From Patescibacteria group bacterium (lineage in GTDB: Bacteria > Patescibacteriota > Minisyncoccia > Phycocordibacterales > UBA9973): a stretch of 33,560 nt of DNA. The translations under genes and the position numbers were made by a program. Positions within the stretch are counted from its first letter, which is position 1. Each line of letters begins with the position of its first letter. The DNA lies in assembly GCA_018813625.1 (NCBI GenBank), contig JAHJBA010000057.1, positions 1 through 33,560 on the forward strand. Direction: 5' to 3'. Shown here one piece after another: positions 29,151 to 33,560 of the stretch. The notes beneath the pieces are model-generated. The model was not told the DNA's origin. It ran no database searches and was given only the letters and a program-made list of their open reading frames with translations.

Positions 29151-30488
29151 CAACCGGACTTGGTTAAATATAGTATTTATGCGATTTTCTTCTTTGGCCT
29201 CGCCAATTATGCGTATTACTGGCTCAGTATTGGAGGGTCTAATATGAACCCATGAAGAGTCTGGCCAGTCGAAGCGTAGGCCGTCTAGGGTGTTTGTAGA
29301 TGCCTCTTTGAACTTTGCCTTAAGTTTCTCATAAAGTAGAGTTAGGTCGCCAGAAAAGGTAATTTTATCTTTTTTCATAAAATATTTAGGCAGGCTCTCT
29401 ATAATTTCTGATATATTTTTTTTCTCTCTTGCCATAAGCTCGAGAACAAGAGCAATACCGGCCAGGCTATCTCTGGCTGTATTTATTTTAGAATAAATGA
29501 CCCCACCATTTCCTTCTCCTCCTATGAGTGCGCCTCTTTCAATCATTTTTTCGACTACATTAGGTTCGCCGACTTTTGTTCTAAAAACTTTTTTATTGTA
29601 ATTATTTGCCAAGTCTTCACACATTTTTGAGGTAGACATATTTAAGATCACATCGCTAGGGTTTTTAGATAGAACACTTTTTACGGCGAGTGCTAGTGTA
29701 TATTCTTCATTTAAAATTTCTCCTTTTTCATTTGCGAGTACCAGACGGTCAGCATCGGGGTCCTGGGCGAATCCTATATCTGAATTATTTTTAGAGACTG
29801 CTTCCGCTAGTTGTTTTAAATTTTTTGCCAGTGGTTCTGGTTCGTGCGCGAATTCTCCATTTTGTTCTTCGTTGATTTGAGAAACTTCACAGCCGAGTTC
29901 CTCCAGTAATTTTTTTGTGATTGTACTGCCTGCGCTATTTATAGGATCGTGGGTAACTTTAAATTTTTTGCTTTTGATCAGGTTTACGTCTATATTTTTT
30001 AATACTTCTTTTATGTGTATCTTTTGATAGCTAGAATTGTCGCAAACTTCTTCCTCATTTTCTTTTTGTGAAAAATTTTTTTCATCTTCAATTAAATTTT
30101 TTCTATTTTCCTCGATTTTTTCTATTTCTTTTTGGGTGGCGAATAGACCATTTTTATTTATAAATTTAAGACCGTTATATTCTCTAGGATTATGCGAAGC
30201 AGTTATCATTATTCCTCCACCAAAAGAGAGTTTTCTTGCTAGAAGAAGCATCGATGGAGTAGGGATGATGCCGGCGTATTCTCCCTCTAAGCCTTCTTTT
30301 TTTAATGCTAATTTTATAGCTTTAAATATTTGTGGTCCGGTTTTGCGTGCATCTCGCCCGATTAAAATTTTATGGCCTCCTTGTTCTTTTATCATTTTTG
30401 CAAAAGCACGCCCAAAATCAAAAGCGATTTTCTCGTCTAAATCTTTGCCCCATATTCCTCTATATCCCGAAACATTCAATTTTGGCAT
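29142..30488 (-). CDS. glmM: Phosphoglucosamine mutase / phosphohexomutase family protein
   Basis: ITASHNPREYNGLKF phosphoserine loop; DPDADR; GGEGNGG. The gene symbol is tentative because PGM/PMM cannot be excluded. Confidence 0.8.
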   Translation of the reverse strand: MPKLNVSGYRGIWGKDLDEKIAFDFGRAFAKMIKEQGGHKILIGRDARKTGPQIFKAIKLALKKEGLEGEYAGIIPTPSMLLLARKLSFGGGIMITASHNPREYNGLKFINKNGLFATQKEIEKIEENRKNLIEDEKNFSQKENEEEVCDNSSYQKIHIKEVLKNIDVNLIKSKKFKVTHDPINSAGSTITKKLLEELGCEVSQINEEQNGEFAHEPEPLAKNLKQLAEAVSKNNSDIGFAQDPDADRLVLANEKGEILNEEYTLALAVKSVLSKNPSDVILNMSTSKMCEDLANNYNKKVFRTKVGEPNVVEKMIERGALIGGEGNGGVIYSKINTARDSLAGIALVLELMAREKKNISEIIESLPKYFMKKDKITFSGDLTLLYEKLKAKFKEASTNTLDGLRFDWPDSSWVHIRPSNTEPVIRIIGEAKEENRINTIFNQVRLIL

Positions 30489-30516
30489 GCCTGTATTTTA
30501 CATTAATTATTTTAAA

Positions 30517-30549
30517 TAAAAAACAGCTTTGTTTTTTACAAAGCTTTTG
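30517..30549 (-). terminator. Rho-independent terminator downstream of tmRNA
   Basis: Minus strand: AGCTTTGT-aaaaa-ACAAAGCT followed by GTTTTTTATTT. Confidence 0.7.
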
Positions 30550-30557
30550 CTTAGATG

Positions 30558-30947
30558 TGGAGATGGGGGGAATTGAGCCCCCGTGCAGAAGGTTTTTGTA
30601 AGGAAGTCTACATACTTAGCGCGCTTGTTTGTTTAAATTAAAAAATTATTAAGCGAGCGAAATATTTTTTAATCGATCCTCTATGTTTTGGAAGAAAGTC
30701 GAGGTATTCTTTTTCCTATCCCGATAATATTATGCCTTACCCTATATATCGGAAGTCTATAGGGAAGACACCAACTTACGCTAGAGCGTATGCTGGAGCA
30801 AATCCGAACGCATTACCGAAGTAAGGCGAACGAACTGCCTTAGTAGCTAATTTTGCAATTAGACATTTGAGCGAAGTTTTGCGAGATTGCGCTCATTCTC
30901 GGTATGCATCAATAACAAAAGGCCAACTGTCTATGCCTTGCATCCCC
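30558..30947 (-). ncRNA. ssrA: tmRNA (SsrA)
   Basis: Minus strand 5' GGGGATGCAAGGCATAGACAG pairs with the 3' ...GGGGGCTCAATTCCCCC-CATCTCC-A. This gives an acceptor stem with a G3.U pair and a T-arm. An internal frame ends ...GNAFGFAPAYALA-TAA (stop 30776-30778). Lies 11 nt downstream of smpB. Confidence 0.8.
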
Positions 30948-30958
30948 ATTTTTTGTTT

Positions 30959-31420
30959 TCAACGTCCTTTATATTCGCGCCTTACTTCTCTTTCCGTCTC
31001 GCGCTTTTTGATCGTCTCTCTCTTGTCGTGTTTCTTTTTTCCTTTCACTAAAGCAATTTCTACTTTAATTTTTCTGCCTTTATTATACACTGAAATTGGC
31101 ACTATTGTCAAACTTTTGTTTTTTTCGCTTCCGGCAAGTTTTTCTACTTCTTTTTTGGTCAGCAAAAGTTTTCTATTTCTAAGCGGATCGTAATCTTTCG
31201 GCATATTATTTGGCTGGTATGGTTGTATATTTGTATTGATTAAAAAAGCTTCACCTCCACGAATTATGACATAAGCCCCCTCGAGCGATATTTTTCCGCT
31301 TCTGATGGATTTAACTTCAACTCCTAAAAGCTCAATGCCTGTTTCGTATTTTTCGAGAATTTCGTAATTAAAATGTATTTTTCTGTTTTCAGCGTAGTTT
31401 GCCATATCCAATCTTACCAT
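30959..31420 (-). CDS. smpB: SsrA-binding protein SmpB
   Basis: ENRKIHFNYEILEKYETGIELLGVEVKSIRSGKISL... and the C-terminal basic tail. The start could be the internal ATG at 31405. Confidence 0.93.
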   Translation of the reverse strand: MVRLDMANYAENRKIHFNYEILEKYETGIELLGVEVKSIRSGKISLEGAYVIIRGGEAFLINTNIQPYQPNNMPKDYDPLRNRKLLLTKKEVEKLAGSEKNKSLTIVPISVYNKGRKIKVEIALVKGKKKHDKRETIKKRETEREVRREYKGR

Positions 31421-31452
31421 AAATTTTTATCCTTTTCTTTGCTCATTTTTTA

Positions 31453-31461
31453 TGCTAATAT
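31453..31461 (+). promoter_or_regulatory. Extended -10 promoter (TGcTAATAT) positioned 6 nt before the first ATG of element A4
   Basis: TG at 31453-31454, TAATAT at 31456-31461, then CTACGC, then ATG at 31468. Confidence 0.45.
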
Positions 31462-31467
31462 CTACGC

Positions 31468-31595
31468 ATGGATCCCGTTAGAAATCATTCAGTTAATTGA
31501 AATTACGGGAAATAATATATTGAATTAGCTTGTATAGTCGTTTTTAGTAATTTAACTACGGAAATCTAAAGATTTCCTATTTCTAACGGGATGGA
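31468..31595 (+). repeat. Family A element, copy A4 (on the ftsH start codon)
   Basis: ATGGA|TCCCGTTAGAAAT ... ATTTCTAACGGG|ATGGA. 14-bp perfect terminal stem; the interior differs from A1-A3 and has the internal hairpin GGAAATC-taaa-GATTTCC. Confidence 0.85.
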
Positions 31596-33507
31596 TTTTA
31601 ATTTGCTCAACCAAAAAAAAGCTCCCAATAAAGGAAAGAAAGGAAAAGGTGGTTCAAAATTTTCAGGAAGCATAGCCGGAGCTATTTTAATTTTTATGCT
31701 TATAACAGCACTGTATTTAGTGGTGTCTGATAATACAAAAAATGTGCCGGAGACCCCGCTTTCTGATCTGGCGAAAAGTGTTTCAGCTGGAGAGGTTAAA
31801 AAGATTTTAGTTGAAGGTGAAAAACTTACAATTACTTATAAAAATGATGAAATTAAAAAATCAAAAAAGGAGGTAGAATCTTCTCTCTCGCAAACACTTT
31901 TTAATTATGGCGTTGGGCCTGAAGCTCTTGCAGGGACAGAAATAGAAGTAAAGAATGAAAGTGGATTTGGATATTGGCTCGTTAATGCTCTGCCTTTTCT
32001 TTTGCCTATTGCTTTTATTATATTTTTCTTCTGGTATCTCTCACGTCAAGTTAAAGGAGCAGGGATGCAAGCATTTACTTTTGGGCAGTCGAAGGCGCGT
32101 ATTACGGACCCGAATGATAAAAACAATAAGGTAACTTTTAAAGATGTCGCTGGATGCAAAGAGGCCAAGGAAGAGTTGAAAGAAATCGTAGATTTTTTAA
32201 GAAGTCCGAAAAAGTTTTTAGATATTGGCGCGAGAATTCCAAAAGGAGTGATTTTAACTGGTGCTCCTGGCACTGGGAAAACACTGCTTGCTAGGGCTGT
32301 CGCAGGAGAGGCCAGTGTTCCTTTCTTTCATCTTTCTGGATCAGAATTTGTGGAAATGTTTGTTGGCGTTGGAGCTTCGCGTGTGCGAGATTTATTTAAG
32401 CTGGCAAAGAGAGCTGCGCCGTCTATCATATTTGTGGATGAAATTGATGCCATTGGAAGGACTCGTGGTGGAGGTTTTGGGGGAGGTAACGATGAACGTG
32501 AGCAGACATTAAATCAGATATTAGTTGAAATGGATGGATTTGAACCAAATGAGAAAGTGATAGTTATGGCTGCCACAAACAGGCCAGATGTGCTTGACCC
32601 AGCCCTTATTCGCCCGGGACGCTTTGACAGAAAAGTGATACTTGACATGCCTGATAGAGCGGATCGTGAGGAAATTTTAAAAATTCATGCTGTTAAAAAA
32701 CCACTAGCTGAGGATGTTAATTTAAAACTGATTGCGGAGAGGACCCCAGGTTTTTCTGGTGCTGATTTGTATTCTTTGATGAATGAAGGCGCCATATTGG
32801 CGGCTCGTGAAAATCGCAAACAAGTTTTTCAGTTCGATCTCATCCGAGCAATCGAAAAGGTAATGCTTGGTCCCGAGCGTAAGAGTCATTTGCTCTCCAA
32901 AAAAGAGAAAGAAATTACAGCTTACCATGAAGCGGGACATGCCCTGATTGCTTCGGTGTTACCCAATGCGGATCCTGTGCATAAAGTTTCTATTATTGCT
33001 CGCGGGAGTGCTGGGGGATACACCCTTAAACTTCCTCTTGAAGAAAAACACTTGCAATCCAAGAAGGAATTTATAGATGACATTGCTGTGTCGCTTGGAG
33101 GATATGTGGCAGAAAAAATGATTTTTGGGGATGTTACGACCGGACCATCAAGTGATTTACAAGGGGCAACGAATTTAGCACGTGCCATGGTGACGCGTTT
33201 TGGAATGTCCGATGTTATCGGCCCTGTAGCGGTTACGGAGGGTGGCGGAAGAAATCGTTGGGCAGAGGTTCTGGAAAAAGAATATTCCGAAACAGTTTCG
33301 ACCAAGATTGACTCGGAAGTTTCAAAGATAATAGATAAGGGAATAAAAACCGCAGAGAAGATATTGTCAGAAAATAAGAAGGCCTTCATTGCCCTTGCTA
33401 ATAAGCTCATTGAAGTTGAGACGTTAGAACAGGAAGAGTATGAGCAAATAATAATTGCACACGGTATAACACCTAAGAAACTAGATAAAGAGGAGAAAAT
33501 TGCATAA
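31591..33507 (+). CDS. ftsH: ATP-dependent zinc metalloprotease FtsH
   Basis: 638 aa; [17 protein letters not shown] Walker A, DEID Walker B, SRH region, HEAGHAL zinc site and two N-terminal TM segments. Confidence 0.97.
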   Translation: MDFNLLNQKKAPNKGKKGKGGSKFSGSIAGAILIFMLITALYLVVSDNTKNVPETPLSDLAKSVSAGEVKKILVEGEKLTITYKNDEIKKSKKEVESSLSQTLFNYGVGPEALAGTEIEVKNESGFGYWLVNALPFLLPIAFIIFFFWYLSRQVKGAGMQAFTFGQSKARITDPNDKNNKVTFKDVAGCKEAKEELKEIVDFLRSPKKFLDIGARIPKGVILTGAPGTGKTLLARAVAGEASVPFFHLSGSEFVEMFVGVGASRVRDLFKLAKRAAPSIIFVDEIDAIGRTRGGGFGGGNDEREQTLNQILVEMDGFEPNEKVIVMAATNRPDVLDPALIRPGRFDRKVILDMPDRADREEILKIHAVKKPLAEDVNLKLIAERTPGFSGADLYSLMNEGAILAARENRKQVFQFDLIRAIEKVMLGPERKSHLLSKKEKEITAYHEAGHALIASVLPNADPVHKVSIIARGSAGGYTLKLPLEEKHLQSKKEFIDDIAVSLGGYVAEKMIFGDVTTGPSSDLQGATNLARAMVTRFGMSDVIGPVAVTEGGGRNRWAEVLEKEYSETVSTKIDSEVSKIIDKGIKTAEKILSENKKAFIALANKLIEVETLEQEEYEQIIIAHGITPKKLDKEEKIA

Positions 33508-33536
33508 AATCACTTGATGAAATAGAATGGTGATAT

Positions 33537-33560
33537 CCGTCCTTAGCTCAGTTGGTTAGA
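33537..33560 (+). tRNA. 5' part of a tRNA gene truncated by the window edge (identity undeterminable)
   Basis: TAGCTCAGTTGGTTAGA is a canonical U8-A9 plus D-arm sequence, preceded by 7 nt of presumptive acceptor stem. The anticodon is not in the window. Confidence 0.5.

Noticed and set aside
30867-31193. ORF 30867..31193(+) and ORF 30332..30601(+).
   Set aside because: They overlap the tmRNA gene and are antisense to smpB or to the mutase gene. The tmRNA and SmpB assignments explain the region.
31421-31500. A -35-like TTCTAA in the A4 arm spaced 17 nt from TATTAG, as a divergent smpB promoter.
   Set aside because: Both hexamers are weak, and many alternative A/T-rich hexamers exist in this spacer. 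It cannot be supported from sequence alone.
6415-31595. CRISPR array formed by the recurring ~25-nt CCCGTTAGAAG... arms with ~70-nt intervening sequences.
   Set aside because: The repeats occur as inverted pairs, not direct repeats. They are dispersed at four loci, each on a start codon, and no cas genes are present.

Overview
Low-GC bacterial window dominated by a str-S10-spc ribosomal-protein supercluster on the + strand. Gene order there is rpsL-rpsG, fusA, tuf-rpsJ-rplC-rplD-rplW-rplB, rpsS-rplV-rpsC-rplP-rpmC-rpsQ-rplN-rplX-rplE, rpsN(Z-type)-rpsH-rplF-rplR-rpsE-rplO-secY-adk, an archaeal-type pyrH-like gene, a Cys-rich ORF, then map. Downstream lie an orphan 935-aa P-loop ATPase, ndk, a candidate structured ncRNA, a small membrane protein, a beta-CASP MBL hydrolase and a TIGR00725/LOG-like protein. 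The minus strand carries infC-rpmI-rplT, a phosphohexomutase and smpB-ssrA(tmRNA). ftsH and the 5' edge of a tRNA close the window on the + strand. There is no rpmD (L30) between rpsE and rplO, gene starts lack Shine-Dalgarno motifs, several ribosomal proteins carry Lys-rich extensions, and genes are small. Together these fit a CPR/Patescibacteria-like genome, which is an inference. The most unusual content is non-coding: three apparently related hairpin-repeat families, four copies each. Family A is about 125 nt with a conserved ~25-bp stem and sits exactly on start codons, flanked by a duplicated ATGRA. Family B is about 73 nt, ends in GGG immediately before the ATG of the next gene, and shows compensatory and G.U changes. 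Family C is a ~65-nt palindrome preceded by TTGAY and abutting a -35 box. Several promoters place the -10 box 6-7 nt before an ATG, which implies leaderless mRNAs. One of these (ftsH) is interrupted by a family A element. The conserved operons are also cut by internal terminator/promoter pairs and by two orphan ORF cassettes. All functional readings of the repeats are hypotheses that need folding, comparative and transcript-end data.
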